A DNA stretch of 64,000 nt from an uncultured Eubacteriales bacterium (lineage in GTDB: Bacteria > Actinomycetota > Coriobacteriia > Anaerosomatales > JAAXUF01). The stretch covers positions 27,158-91,157 of the forward strand of contig CAYMAN010000001.1 in NCBI GenBank assembly GCA_964388455.1, in the 5' to 3' direction. The translations under genes were made by a program, and so were the position numbers. Under the pieces are notes generated by a model. That model saw only the letters and a list, made by a program, of their open reading frames with translations, did no database searches and was not told the origin of the DNA. Shown here in pieces: positions 46,843-56,280 of this stretch (position 1 is its first letter; the number at the start of each line of letters is the position of its first letter).

Positions 46843-48114
46843 GTGCCCGCTTCCGCCTCCCGCACAGCACTGACGCTGGCCACTGCGCTCTGTTGCGTGG
46901 CGCTTGCGGGCTGCTCTTCGGGTCCGACGGAGCTTGCGGGGCGAGTCGCCGACGACAGCGTGTCGGTCCAGATTCCTTTGACCGCGATGCCGTCGGTGAA
47001 TCTCGATGCCGGGTTCGCGCCGACAGCCGCACCCGGCATCACAGCCCCACAGCGCAGTGGCGTTGCGACAGCGGTCGCTCTCACCCGCATTGGCAGCGTC
47101 GCGCGCGTGGAGAGCGTCGCCGTTCAGCGCGGCGCTGTTGTTCGTGCAGGCGACGAGATCGCCCGGCTCGACGCACGCGCGCTCGACGCGAACGTGGCTG
47201 TCGCGAAAGCCTCACTCGCCAGCGCTCGGGCGCATGTCGGTGTGCTCGACGACGCGATCGACACGGTGGTCTCGAACCGCTCGACGCTCGCCTCGAACCG
47301 GCAGAAAATCGACGACGCGGCGGCGCAGCTCACAACCACTCGTGCGCAACTGGCGACCCAGCTCGCCGACCTCAAGGCGCTGCTCGCCAAGATTGAGGCG
47401 CTTGGCGCAGGCGGCGGACGGCCTCCGGTTCCGCCGGGTGGCGTCTCCACCAGCACGGTTTCGCCCGGCACACCTCCCCCGGGAACGCTCCCTCCAGGCG
47501 GGATTCCCGACCCGGCACAGGTGCGCGCGGGCATCGCAAAGCTCACGGCAGCACTCGCCAAAATTGACGCCGGTCTCGCGCAGGTCGCGAGCGGGCGTGC
47601 GAAGCTCTCCTCGGCGGGTGCGAAGCTGAGTGATGCGCGTACGCAACTGACGGACCTGCGCCGACTCGCGCGAGCAGGCGTGGACGGCGCGAAGGTGGGC
47701 GTGCAGATCGCCGAGTACCAGCGCTCGCTCGCGATACTGCGCTCCCCCGCCGACGGCACGGTGGTGAGCGTGGTGGCCGTCGGTGACGTGCTCGCTCCCG
47801 GCGCGACCGTCGCCGAGATCCGGCCCAGCGGCCTCCCGCGCGTCACCACCTGGATCGCACCCGAGCAGCTGGCCGGCATCGAGGTCGGCACGCAGGTAGA
47901 GGTGAGCGCCGACTGGTTCGCCGACGACGGTGGCCCCATCCCCGGCCGAGTCACCTCCATCAGCACGCGAGCCGAGTACCCGCCGACCTCCTTCGCGACC
48001 AGCGAGATCCACCTCACGCGAGCGATTCGCGTGGAAATGACGCTCTCCCCCGCCGCCGAGCAACCCGCGCTGCCTCCAGGCACGCCGGTCGACGTGCGGT
48101 TTCTCGGCAAGTAG
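46843..48114 (+). CDS. HlyD-family periplasmic adaptor lipoprotein
   Basis: Lipobox CCVALAGCSS. Biotinyl-lipoyl-like hairpin (VQRGAVVRAGDEIARLD), a long coiled coil interrupted by a Pro/Gly-rich insert (GGGRPPVPPGGVSTSTVSPGTPPPGTLPPGGIPDP), and a beta-barrel C-terminus. Confidence 0.7.
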   Translation: MPASASRTALTLATALCCVALAGCSSGPTELAGRVADDSVSVQIPLTAMPSVNLDAGFAPTAAPGITAPQRSGVATAVALTRIGSVARVESVAVQRGAVVRAGDEIARLDARALDANVAVAKASLASARAHVGVLDDAIDTVVSNRSTLASNRQKIDDAAAQLTTTRAQLATQLADLKALLAKIEALGAGGGRPPVPPGGVSTSTVSPGTPPPGTLPPGGIPDPAQVRAGIAKLTAALAKIDAGLAQVASGRAKLSSAGAKLSDARTQLTDLRRLARAGVDGAKVGVQIAEYQRSLAILRSPADGTVVSVVAVGDVLAPGATVAEIRPSGLPRVTTWIAPEQLAGIEVGTQVEVSADWFADDGGPIPGRVTSISTRAEYPPTSFATSEIHLTRAIRVEMTLSPAAEQPALPPGTPVDVRFLGK

Positions 48115-48179
48115 CGACGCAGTGGCGATACGACGACATGACAGCGGCACCGACGGAAGAACGGACCAGGTGAGGCGAG

Positions 48180-48962
48180 ATGGCAACTGAGACGCAGAAG
48201 CGGCCACCGATCGTTGTGGTGGTGATCGTGGTCCTGCTGGTGGCGGGAGCACTCGGCTACTGGTGGTGGAGTTCGCAGCAGACCGCCGACAACGGCGCGC
48301 TGTCAGCGAGCGGCTCCGTGGAGCTCACCGAGTTCCAGATCGCCCCGGCGATGGCGGGCCGCATCGAGACCATCACGGTTGGCGAAGGCGACAGCGTGAA
48401 GGCCGGTGCAGTGGTCGCGACGCTCGACAAGCGCGCGCTCGAGCTGCAGCTGGCGCAGGCGGTCGCGGGTGTCACGGCAGCCGAGGCGGCCGTCACCCAG
48501 GCCAAGGACGACGGCACCGCCGCAGAGGTGAAAGCCGCGCGGGCGCGACTCAAGCAGGCGAAGGCAGGCGTGGCTCTCGCCAAGGTGCAGCTGACGTACG
48601 CCACGGTGACCACTCCCAACGCGGGTGTCGTCTCGGCGGTCGCGGCCAATGCCGGGCAGAACGCGAGCCCGGGCAAGACGCTCGCGACCATCTCGGACAC
48701 CAGCGACCTCTTTGTGCGCGTGTTCGTACCGGAGACGCGCATCGGCGACGTGAAGCTGGGCGCAAAGGCGACGGTGACCACCGACTCGAGCGACGCTACC
48801 TATCCCGGAGTCGTGGAATTCATCGCCTCGCAGTCCGAGTTCACGCCCAACAACGTCGAGACCAAGGAGCAGCGCGTCAAGCTGGTCTACGAGGTGCGCG
48901 TGCGTCTCTCGGACTCGAGCGGCACGCTCAAGGCCGGCATGCCCTTGGATGTGACCTTCTAG
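48180..48962 (+). CDS. HlyD-family periplasmic adaptor (membrane-anchored)
   Basis: N-terminal TM IVVVVIVVLLVAGALGYWWW. GRIETITVGEGDSVKAGAVVATLD, a coiled coil, FIASQSEFTPNNVETKEQRVKLVYEVRV. Confidence 0.8.
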   Translation: MATETQKRPPIVVVVIVVLLVAGALGYWWWSSQQTADNGALSASGSVELTEFQIAPAMAGRIETITVGEGDSVKAGAVVATLDKRALELQLAQAVAGVTAAEAAVTQAKDDGTAAEVKAARARLKQAKAGVALAKVQLTYATVTTPNAGVVSAVAANAGQNASPGKTLATISDTSDLFVRVFVPETRIGDVKLGAKATVTTDSSDATYPGVVEFIASQSEFTPNNVETKEQRVKLVYEVRVRLSDSSGTLKAGMPLDVTF

Positions 48963-48963
48963 C

Positions 48964-49962
48964 GTGACCGCCTCAACCGACATGCCTGTCCGAGAGACGA
49001 CCGTCCTCGACGCACGCGACCTGTGCCGCGACTTCGGCGACGTGCGGGCGGTCGACGGCGTCTCGCTCACGGTGTCGCGCGGTGCCGTGTTCGGCCTGCT
49101 CGGCCCCGACGGTGCCGGCAAGTCCACGCTGATCCGCATGCTCGCGACGGTGCTCGCACCCGACTCCGGCGACGCGCTGGTCTTTGGCGACTCCGTGGTC
49201 AGCGCGCACCGGTTGGTGACGCCGCGCATCGGCTACATGTCGCAACGCTTCTCGATGTACCCCGACCTCACCGTCGCCGAGAACCTCGAGTTCTTCGCGC
49301 GCATCCGAGGCGTCCCCGCCGCACTCCGTCGCACGCGCGCTGCCTCGCTACTCGAATCGATGGGCCTCGCCGATTTCGCGGGGCGCCAGGCGCAGCACCT
49401 CTCAGGCGGCATGAAGCAGAAGCTGATGCTCGCCTCCACGCTCATGCACGAGCCCGAGCTATTGCTGCTCGACGAGCCCACGACCGGCGTCGACCCGCTC
49501 TCCCGTCGCGAGTTCTGGCGCATCATCGCCGACCTCCAAGCCGCCGAGAAGACCGTGCTGGTCGCCACGCCCTACATGGACGAGGCCGAGCGCTGCACGC
49601 ACATCGCGTTCATGGACGACGGCCACCTGCTGCACACTGGCACGCCCGCTGAGGTGAAGGCGCTCGTGCCCGGCACGCTGTTCGAGGCCGCGGCGCCGGA
49701 TCCGCGCGCGGCGCTTGCTGTGCTCTGCGGCGGGGATGGCGTCCGCAACGGCGGCACCGGCGGCGGTCTCGGCGGCGTGACCTCGGCCCACCTGTACGGC
49801 GACGTGGTGCGCGTGCTCTCGGCTCCGGGCGGCCCGAACGCCGACCAGCTTCTCGGCAGGCTGCGGGACGCCGGCATCACGACTGCGACCGTTCAGGCGG
49901 CCGCCGTCGACATGGAAGCCGCGTTCGCCTACCTCGCCGAGCAGGGCGGTGAGGCGTCATGA
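48964..49962 (+). CDS. ABC transporter ATP-binding protein (ABC-2 type), copy 1
   Basis: GTG start. Walker A GLLGPDGAGKST, signature LSGGMKQKL, Walker B LLLLDEPT. Confidence 0.9.
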   Translation: MTASTDMPVRETTVLDARDLCRDFGDVRAVDGVSLTVSRGAVFGLLGPDGAGKSTLIRMLATVLAPDSGDALVFGDSVVSAHRLVTPRIGYMSQRFSMYPDLTVAENLEFFARIRGVPAALRRTRAASLLESMGLADFAGRQAQHLSGGMKQKLMLASTLMHEPELLLLDEPTTGVDPLSRREFWRIIADLQAAEKTVLVATPYMDEAERCTHIAFMDDGHLLHTGTPAEVKALVPGTLFEAAAPDPRAALAVLCGGDGVRNGGTGGGLGGVTSAHLYGDVVRVLSAPGGPNADQLLGRLRDAGITTATVQAAAVDMEAAFAYLAEQGGEAS

Positions 49963-51107
49963 TCGCAGCGGCCCTCTCCCGCGTCGGAGCCATCGCGCGC
50001 AAGGAGTTCATCCACATCGGGCGCGACCCGCGCATGCTCATGGCGGTGCTCATCGTGCCGATCATGCAGCTGCTGCTGTTCTCCTACGCGATCAGCTTCG
50101 ACGTGAAAGACGTCCCGACCGTGGTGCTCGACCAGGACCGGACCACGGCGAGCCGCGCGTACCTGCAGACCTATCGCTCCTCGGACTTCTTCGCGGTGAA
50201 GGGGTCGATCGCCGACCTTGCCGGTGTGGACAACGCGTTCGAGCGCAACCTCGCCGAGGTGGCGGTCGTGGTGCCGTCCGGCTTTGGGCGCTCACTCGCG
50301 CGCGGCGAGAAACCTCAGGTAGCGGTGTTGGTGGACGGCACCGAGCCCAACTCGGCGGCGCTGGGTCAGGCCTACGCGATCGCGCTCAACCAGCTCTACA
50401 GCAACGAAGTGCTGGTGGAATGGGCCGACCGTCAGGGGCTGGATACCACGCAGCTAGGACGGCTCGAACCGCGCGTCCGCACCTGGTACAACCCGGAACG
50501 TAAGTCGGCGGACTTCCTGATTCCCGGGCTCATGGTGGTCATCATCATGATCGTCACCGTGCAACAGACCGCCGTCACGCTCGTGCGAGAACGCGACCTG
50601 GGCACACAGGAGCAGATGATGGTGAGTCCGCTGCGACTCCCTGAGCTGATGCTCGCAAAGCTGCTGCCGTGGACGGTGCTCGCGTTCTTCGACATGATGG
50701 TGATCGCGCTGGTGGGTCTCGGCTTCTTCCAGATTCCCCTGCGCGGAAGCGTCGGATTCCTCGCGGTGGCAGCGGCGTTCTTCGTGTTCGCGTCGCTCGG
50801 CCTAGGGCTGATCATCTCGGCGCTGGCGCCCAGCATGGAATCGGCGAACATCATCGCTCTCATGGTCGCGTTCCTGCCGGCGTTCATTCTTTCGGGCTTC
50901 GCATTCCCGCTCGAGTCGATCCCGCGCTTCTTGCAGGCGGTGAGCTACCTCTTCCCGGCGCGCTACATGATCATCATCTCGCGCGGTGTGTTCCTCAAGG
51001 GCGCCGGGTTAGCCGAACTGTGGCCACAGCTCGCGCTGCTCGCGGGCTACTCGGTACTCGTGATCATCATCGCGTCGGTCCTCTACGGCAGGAGGGCCGC
51101 CCGATGA
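49959..51107 (+). CDS. ABC-2 family permease, copy 1
   Basis: ATGA overlap. ARKEFIHIGRDPRML N-terminus, a large extracytoplasmic loop, then five C-terminal TMs. Confidence 0.85.
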   Translation: MIAAALSRVGAIARKEFIHIGRDPRMLMAVLIVPIMQLLLFSYAISFDVKDVPTVVLDQDRTTASRAYLQTYRSSDFFAVKGSIADLAGVDNAFERNLAEVAVVVPSGFGRSLARGEKPQVAVLVDGTEPNSAALGQAYAIALNQLYSNEVLVEWADRQGLDTTQLGRLEPRVRTWYNPERKSADFLIPGLMVVIIMIVTVQQTAVTLVRERDLGTQEQMMVSPLRLPELMLAKLLPWTVLAFFDMMVIALVGLGFFQIPLRGSVGFLAVAAAFFVFASLGLGLIISALAPSMESANIIALMVAFLPAFILSGFAFPLESIPRFLQAVSYLFPARYMIIISRGVFLKGAGLAELWPQLALLAGYSVLVIIIASVLYGRRAAR

Positions 51108-52225
51108 ACGCCAAGCGCATCCGCCTGCTCATGTGGAAAGAGTTCCTGCAGCTCCGCCGAGACCCGCTGCTGCTCCGTCTTCTGTTCCTGCTGCCGGTCA
51201 TCCAGTTGGTCATGATGGGCTACGTCGTGGGCGCCGACGTGAAGAATCTTTCGACCGGGGTGGTCGACCTCGACAGGAGCGTGACCTCTCGGCGCCTGAC
51301 CGACAGCTTCGCGAGTTCCGGCTACTTCGACATCACGCAGCGCCCCGCCAAGGAAGCCGACCTTCGACCGCTTCTCGACCGCGGTGACGTGAAGGTCGCA
51401 ATCGTCATCCCCGAGGGGACCGAGGCGCGCGTCTCGGCCGGCGGCGCCGCTCCCGTCGGCATCATCGTGGACGGCTCCGACAGCCGGATCGCGAGCGTCG
51501 GCAGCGGCTATGCCTCGCAGCTCATCTCCGCCTTCAACGCCAAACGACTCGCCGAGCAGGGCCTGGTCATCGCCGGTCCCGGCATCGATGCCCGCGTTCG
51601 CGTCGAGTACAACCCGAGCCTTCGCGCGGTCAACTCGATGATTCCCGGGCTCATCGCTACGATCCTCATCCTGTCGATGGCGACGATCATGTCGCAGGCA
51701 GTCGTGCGCGAACGCGAGCGCGGCACGCTGGAGCAGATGTTCGTCACCCCCATCAGCCGAGGCGACTACCTCGTGGGCAAGCTGACGCCGTACATGCTGA
51801 TCGGCACCGTGCAGATGCTGACCGTGGCTCTCGTTGGCCGGCTGTGGTTCCGCGTGCCGTTCAACGGCGAGATCTGGGTCGTGGTGCTCGGCCTGTTCCT
51901 GTTCATGCTGACGACGGTAGCGCTGGGCCTCTTCATCTCGCTCGTGTCGCACACGCGTCAGCAGGCACAGCAGACGGTCATGTTCATCATGCTTCCGTTC
52001 ATGGTGCTGTCCGGGTTCATCTTCCCGGTGGCCTCGATGCCGCAGGTGGCGCAGTACCTGACCTATCTGATTCCGCTGCGGTACGCGGTCGAGATCCTGC
52101 GCGGCACCTTCATCAAGGGCGCCGGTGCGGGCGAGCTGATCTTCCAGCTGCTCGCGCTCGCGATCTTCTCGGTGGTGTTGCTGGGCTCGGCGGTATTCAG
52201 CTTCCACAAACGACTAAGCGACTAG
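51104..52225 (+). CDS. ABC-2 family permease, copy 2
   Basis: ATG 51104 (ATGA overlap) inside track ORF 50669..52225. MWKEFLQLRRDPLLL. Same architecture as copy 1. Confidence 0.85.
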   Translation: MNAKRIRLLMWKEFLQLRRDPLLLRLLFLLPVIQLVMMGYVVGADVKNLSTGVVDLDRSVTSRRLTDSFASSGYFDITQRPAKEADLRPLLDRGDVKVAIVIPEGTEARVSAGGAAPVGIIVDGSDSRIASVGSGYASQLISAFNAKRLAEQGLVIAGPGIDARVRVEYNPSLRAVNSMIPGLIATILILSMATIMSQAVVRERERGTLEQMFVTPISRGDYLVGKLTPYMLIGTVQMLTVALVGRLWFRVPFNGEIWVVVLGLFLFMLTTVALGLFISLVSHTRQQAQQTVMFIMLPFMVLSGFIFPVASMPQVAQYLTYLIPLRYAVEILRGTFIKGAGAGELIFQLLALAIFSVVLLGSAVFSFHKRLSD

Positions 52226-52234
52226 GAGGCGACG

Positions 52235-53074
52235 ATGACCGACCACCTCACGAAAACCGGCCGAGAGGCCACCGCCGGCTCGCCCGCTTCCGCCGAGCCC
52301 GCCATCACCGTGCGCGGCCTCACCAAGCGCTACGGCGACTTCACGGCCGTCAACGGGATCGACTTCGACGTCGCACGCGGAGAGATCTTCGGGTTTCTCG
52401 GCCCCAACGGGAGCGGCAAGACCACCACCATCCGCATGCTCACCGGCACCATCGCGCCGCAGGCCGGCAGCATCCGGATCCTTGGCGAGAACGTCATCGC
52501 CAGCCCGGAGCGGGCGAAGCGCCGCATCGGCTACATGAGCCAGAAGTTCTCGCTGTTCGAGGACCTCACCGTCGACGAGAACCTGCGCTTCTACGCCAGC
52601 GTCTACGACCTGCCCGCCGGGAAGTTCGCTCAGCAGCGCGCCTATGTGCTGAAGATGGCCGACCTCGTGGGGCGCGAGAACGAACTGACCGCGAACCTTT
52701 CGGTGGGCTGGAAGCAGCGCCTCGCCTTGGGAACCGCTACGATTCACGAGCCCGAGCTGCTCTTCCTCGACGAACCGACCAGCGGCGTCGACCCCGTGGC
52801 CCGTCGTCACTTCTGGGACCTGCTGTACGAGCTGGCGGGCCGCGGCGTCACCCTGTTCGTCACCACGCACTACATGGAGGAGGCCGCGCAGTGCGGTCGC
52901 CTCGCGTTCATGTACGCCGGACGACTGATCGCCGAGGGTTCGCCGCGCGAGATCCGCGAGCACTACCTGCACGAAGCGGGTGCGACCGACGACAGCGGCT
53001 CGCCACGCACCGCCACCATCGAAGACGTATTCGTGCACCTCGTGACGCGCGAGCGAGAGGAGACCGCCCGATGA
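52235..53074 (+). CDS. ABC transporter ATP-binding protein (ABC-2 type), copy 2
   Basis: Walker A GFLGPNGSGKTT, signature-like LSVGWKQRL, Walker B LLFLDEPT. Confidence 0.9.
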   Translation: MTDHLTKTGREATAGSPASAEPAITVRGLTKRYGDFTAVNGIDFDVARGEIFGFLGPNGSGKTTTIRMLTGTIAPQAGSIRILGENVIASPERAKRRIGYMSQKFSLFEDLTVDENLRFYASVYDLPAGKFAQQRAYVLKMADLVGRENELTANLSVGWKQRLALGTATIHEPELLFLDEPTSGVDPVARRHFWDLLYELAGRGVTLFVTTHYMEEAAQCGRLAFMYAGRLIAEGSPREIREHYLHEAGATDDSGSPRTATIEDVFVHLVTREREETAR

Positions 53075-53715
53075 CCGACCTGCCCATCCCCGATCCGAGC
53101 ACCGATCTCGGCGCCGAGCATCCCCCGTCCTTCACCGAGCAGGAGCCCGGCCGCAAGGGAGAGATCCTCGACGCAGCCCTCGAGGTCTTCTCCGAGCGTG
53201 GCTACAACGGCGGCTCCATGCGCGAGATCGCGAACCGCGTCGGCGTAAGCGAGCCCGCGTTGTACCGCCACTTCTCGGGCAAGGAAGAGGTATTCGTCGC
53301 CCTGATGCGGATTGGCGCGGGTCGCCTGCGCAAGGAGTTGTTCGCGTTGATTGACCAGCTGTCGCCCGAGCACATCGCCGAGCAGCTTCCGGCCGTGTTC
53401 GACGACCGCCGCCGCGCAGTTCGGCGTTACGACCGCCTCTTCCGGGCCGTGCTTCCGACCGTGGTGCGCAACCCGAGCTTCGTCGGGGAGTTCCGTGAGG
53501 GCATCGCATTTCCGGTACGCGAGAAGCTCCTCGATAAGACCGTCCAGATCGACGCCTACTACCAGGTGATCGACGCTGAGAAGACCCGTGATGCTCGCGT
53601 CCGCGTGTTGATGGCGCTGTTCGTCGGCACGTTCATGACGTCACTGGTGCTTGCCGACGAACCCGATCGCGACGCGGCAGATGCAGCGCTCTCGCTGATG
53701 GGGTGGACGCGCTAG
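53071..53715 (+). CDS. TetR-family transcriptional regulator
   Basis: ATG 53071 (ATGA overlap) inside track ORF 51844..53715. HTH ILDAALEVFSERGYNGGSMREIANRVGVSEPALYRHF. Confidence 0.85.
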   Translation: MTDLPIPDPSTDLGAEHPPSFTEQEPGRKGEILDAALEVFSERGYNGGSMREIANRVGVSEPALYRHFSGKEEVFVALMRIGAGRLRKELFALIDQLSPEHIAEQLPAVFDDRRRAVRRYDRLFRAVLPTVVRNPSFVGEFREGIAFPVREKLLDKTVQIDAYYQVIDAEKTRDARVRVLMALFVGTFMTSLVLADEPDRDAADAALSLMGWTR

Positions 53716-53717
53716 GG

Positions 53718-54296
53718 TCAGGCCACTCCGCGACGAGCTGCCGAGGTCATGAGCAGGCGCATGCCGGTGACCGCTTCAATCGCCGCTGACCTGGCAAGCA
53801 CGCGATCGATCTCGTACTGCGAGAGCGCACAGCCATCGACTTCGACGTGCAGAATGCCGCAGGCCCACGCGGCGTGAATCGTACCGGGGTCGCCGTGACA
53901 CACGTCGTCGAGGGCTTCTGCCAGCCGCTGGATGGCCACGTACCAGATGGTTCGCCTTCGATCGTACGCGCCGAGCACGTTCCACGCCGCGTCGTCCTCA
54001 AAGGGGATGTCGGCGACGAAGCTGGCGGCGGCCTCGACCATCACTGCTTCGTTCTCGGCCAGATCAGCGAGTGCGACCCTCATCAACGCGCGCTCCGCGG
54101 TTGCGTAGGGATGAACCGCAAGGATGAAGCGACGGCCGGCGACCGACCGCTCGAGCAGCTCGGCATCGCGCTGCGAAAGCCCGTGGAGTGACGACAACAC
54201 CGAGAAGAGCACCGCCGAGGTTTCACCGTCGCCCACCGGTCGGTAGACGGTTCGCGGTGCGGCGAATGTGGGATCTGCCTGTAGCTGCAGCGACAT
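53718..54296 (-). CDS. hypothetical protein (192 aa), no recognised family
   Basis: ATG 54296 with AGGAGA SD. Balanced, non-low-complexity composition. Convergent with tetR across a 2-nt gap. Confidence 0.45.
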   Translation of the reverse strand: MSLQLQADPTFAAPRTVYRPVGDGETSAVLFSVLSSLHGLSQRDAELLERSVAGRRFILAVHPYATAERALMRVALADLAENEAVMVEAAASFVADIPFEDDAAWNVLGAYDRRRTIWYVAIQRLAEALDDVCHGDPGTIHAAWACGILHVEVDGCALSQYEIDRVLARSAAIEAVTGMRLLMTSAARRGVA

Positions 54297-54515
54297 GACT
54301 GTCTCCTGACCGAGTCCGGAACACGCGGACCGTCAGACGCGGCTAGGAGTCATGGCTGCGATGCGTCCTTAGGACGGATACTCGACCCGATTCCCGGGCA
54401 TGCCAAGAGGCCTGGCCGAGAAGCAACGAGAGTTCACTTGGGTGCAATCCCGCGTTCACGTAGCCGGCCTTGGACCAGTCGTTCGCGTCGTCAATCAGAT
54501 GCTGCGGACGCGCGC

Positions 54516-55946
54516 CTACCCCCGCTTCATAACCGCGCGCGCTGCGATCACGCCGCTTGCGCTGCTCTGCAGCAACCCGCGCGTGATGCCGGCACCGTCG
54601 CCGATCGCGTAGAGGCCGTCGATCGCGGTCTCGAGGTTCTCGGAGACCTGCAGGCGTGAGGAGTAGAACTTCACCTCGACGCCATACAGCAGCGTGCTCG
54701 GCCCGGAGATGCCGGGCGCGAGCGGCTCCATCGCCTCGAGGAACTCGACGATGTCGGTCAGATGCCGGTACGGCAGCACCGCCGAGAGGTCGCCGGGGGT
54801 CGCGTGCTCCAGCGTCGGCTCGGCCAGCGACTGCGCGATGCGCTCCGGGGTCGAGCGTCGGCCGGCCTTCAGGTCCGCGAGTCGCTGCACCAGGATGCCG
54901 TCGCCAAGAAGGTTCGCGAGCTTGGCGATGGAGCGGCCGTAGGCGATCGGGTCGTTGAACGGCTCAGTGAACCGCGTGCTCACGAGGACGGCGAAGTTGG
55001 TATAGGGCGTCTGGGTCTCGGCGTAGCTGTGGCCGTTCACGGTGACTACATCGCCGTAGCTCTCTGTGGTGACCTCGCCGTGCGGGTTCATGCAGAAGGT
55101 GCGGACCGTGTCGCCAAATGCCTTGGTGTGGTAGACGAGCTTCGCCTCGTAGAGTGCGTCGGTCAGCCGCTCCATGATCGGTGCCGGGCACTCGACGCGC
55201 ACGCCGATGTCGACGGCGTTGTTCATCAGCGGCAGCTTGAGCGCATGCGCCTGATCGGCGAGCCAGTTGGCGCCTTCTCGGCCGGGGGCTGCGATGACGA
55301 CGGGTGCCTCGAACACAGTGCCGTCAGCGAGCTCGACGCCGGTCGCGTGGCCGCCGGCGGCGAGTATGCGCTTGGCGGCGACCTCGGTGCGCACCTCGAC
55401 ACCCAGCTCGATGAGGCGCTGCATCATGGAGTCAAGCACCTCGGGAGAGCGGTCGGTTCCGAGGTGACGGATGCGCATGGGGATGAGCTTCATGCCCGCC
55501 ATCGTCGCCTCGCGCTCGAGCGCCGACGCGGTCGCGGGGTCGGGCCCGTGGACATCCTCGGTCGCTCCGAACTCGAGCCACATGTCATCGGCCTCCCCGA
55601 GCAGCTTCTCCAGCTCGGGCTTCGCGACGTAGTCGGGCAGCCAGCCGCCGACCTCCGTGGTGAGCGTGAGCTTGCCGTCCGAGAACGCTCCCGCGCCACC
55701 CCAGCCGGTCATGATGTCGCACGTGCGGCAGCCGATGCAGGCGGTCTCGCGCGCGGGACACTTGCGCCGAGGAATGGCGTGACCCTTCTCAAGGATCAGG
55801 ATGCGCGTAGAGGGCTCACTGCGCATGAGCTCGAGAGCTGCGAAGATGCCAGCGGGACCGGCACCGACGATGATGACGTCGTAAACGGGGGAAGACACTG
55901 TGTGGACTCCTCGTGAATGGTTGAGTTGCAGACCGTCGGTAATCAT
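54516..55946 (-). CDS. FAD-dependent oxidoreductase (COG2509-type uncharacterised flavoprotein)
   Basis: YDVIIVGAGPAGIFAALEL dinucleotide fold. CPARETACIGCRTC. GAGAFSDGKLT as recalled for this family. C-terminal GDGAGITRG. Confidence 0.75.
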   Translation of the reverse strand: MITDGLQLNHSRGVHTVSSPVYDVIIVGAGPAGIFAALELMRSEPSTRILILEKGHAIPRRKCPARETACIGCRTCDIMTGWGGAGAFSDGKLTLTTEVGGWLPDYVAKPELEKLLGEADDMWLEFGATEDVHGPDPATASALEREATMAGMKLIPMRIRHLGTDRSPEVLDSMMQRLIELGVEVRTEVAAKRILAAGGHATGVELADGTVFEAPVVIAAPGREGANWLADQAHALKLPLMNNAVDIGVRVECPAPIMERLTDALYEAKLVYHTKAFGDTVRTFCMNPHGEVTTESYGDVVTVNGHSYAETQTPYTNFAVLVSTRFTEPFNDPIAYGRSIAKLANLLGDGILVQRLADLKAGRRSTPERIAQSLAEPTLEHATPGDLSAVLPYRHLTDIVEFLEAMEPLAPGISGPSTLLYGVEVKFYSSRLQVSENLETAIDGLYAIGDGAGITRGLLQSSASGVIAARAVMKRG

Positions 55947-56004
55947 ACCTGCGGTGTCAAGGATTAGCGCTCAACGGTCGCTCAGTACAGACAAGAGGTA
56001 AATT

Positions 56005-56280
56005 GTGCCGACAAGCGGAAACAGCAACCACTCACCCCGCATCACCGTGTTCACGAGCCCCTCGTGCCCGTGGTGCAAGGTCGCCAAGCGCTACATCGCC
56101 GAGAAGGGGCTGCAATTCCGGGAAGTGAACGTCATCGCCAACCCCAAGGGTCGCCAGGAGATGGTGCGTATGACGGGGCAGTCCGGAGTCCCGGTGATCC
56201 GGGTCGGCGAGCACGCGATGGCCGGCTGGAACGAGCGCGAGTTCGAGAAGCTGCTGAGCGGGAAGTTCAAGCAGCGCTAG
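56005..56280 (+). CDS. glutaredoxin-like small thiol-disulfide oxidoreductase
   Basis: 91 aa. GTG start. ITVFTSPSCPWCKVAKRYI (CPWC), GVPVIRVG. Confidence 0.8.
   Translation: MPTSGNSNHSPRITVFTSPSCPWCKVAKRYIAEKGLQFREVNVIANPKGRQEMVRMTGQSGVPVIRVGEHAMAGWNEREFEKLLSGKFKQR

Noticed and set aside
56277-56280. Convergent glutaredoxin-like gene and dnaB share their stop codons within the palindrome CTAG
   Set aside because: The overlap is real but trivial, and no functional implication can be drawn from it.
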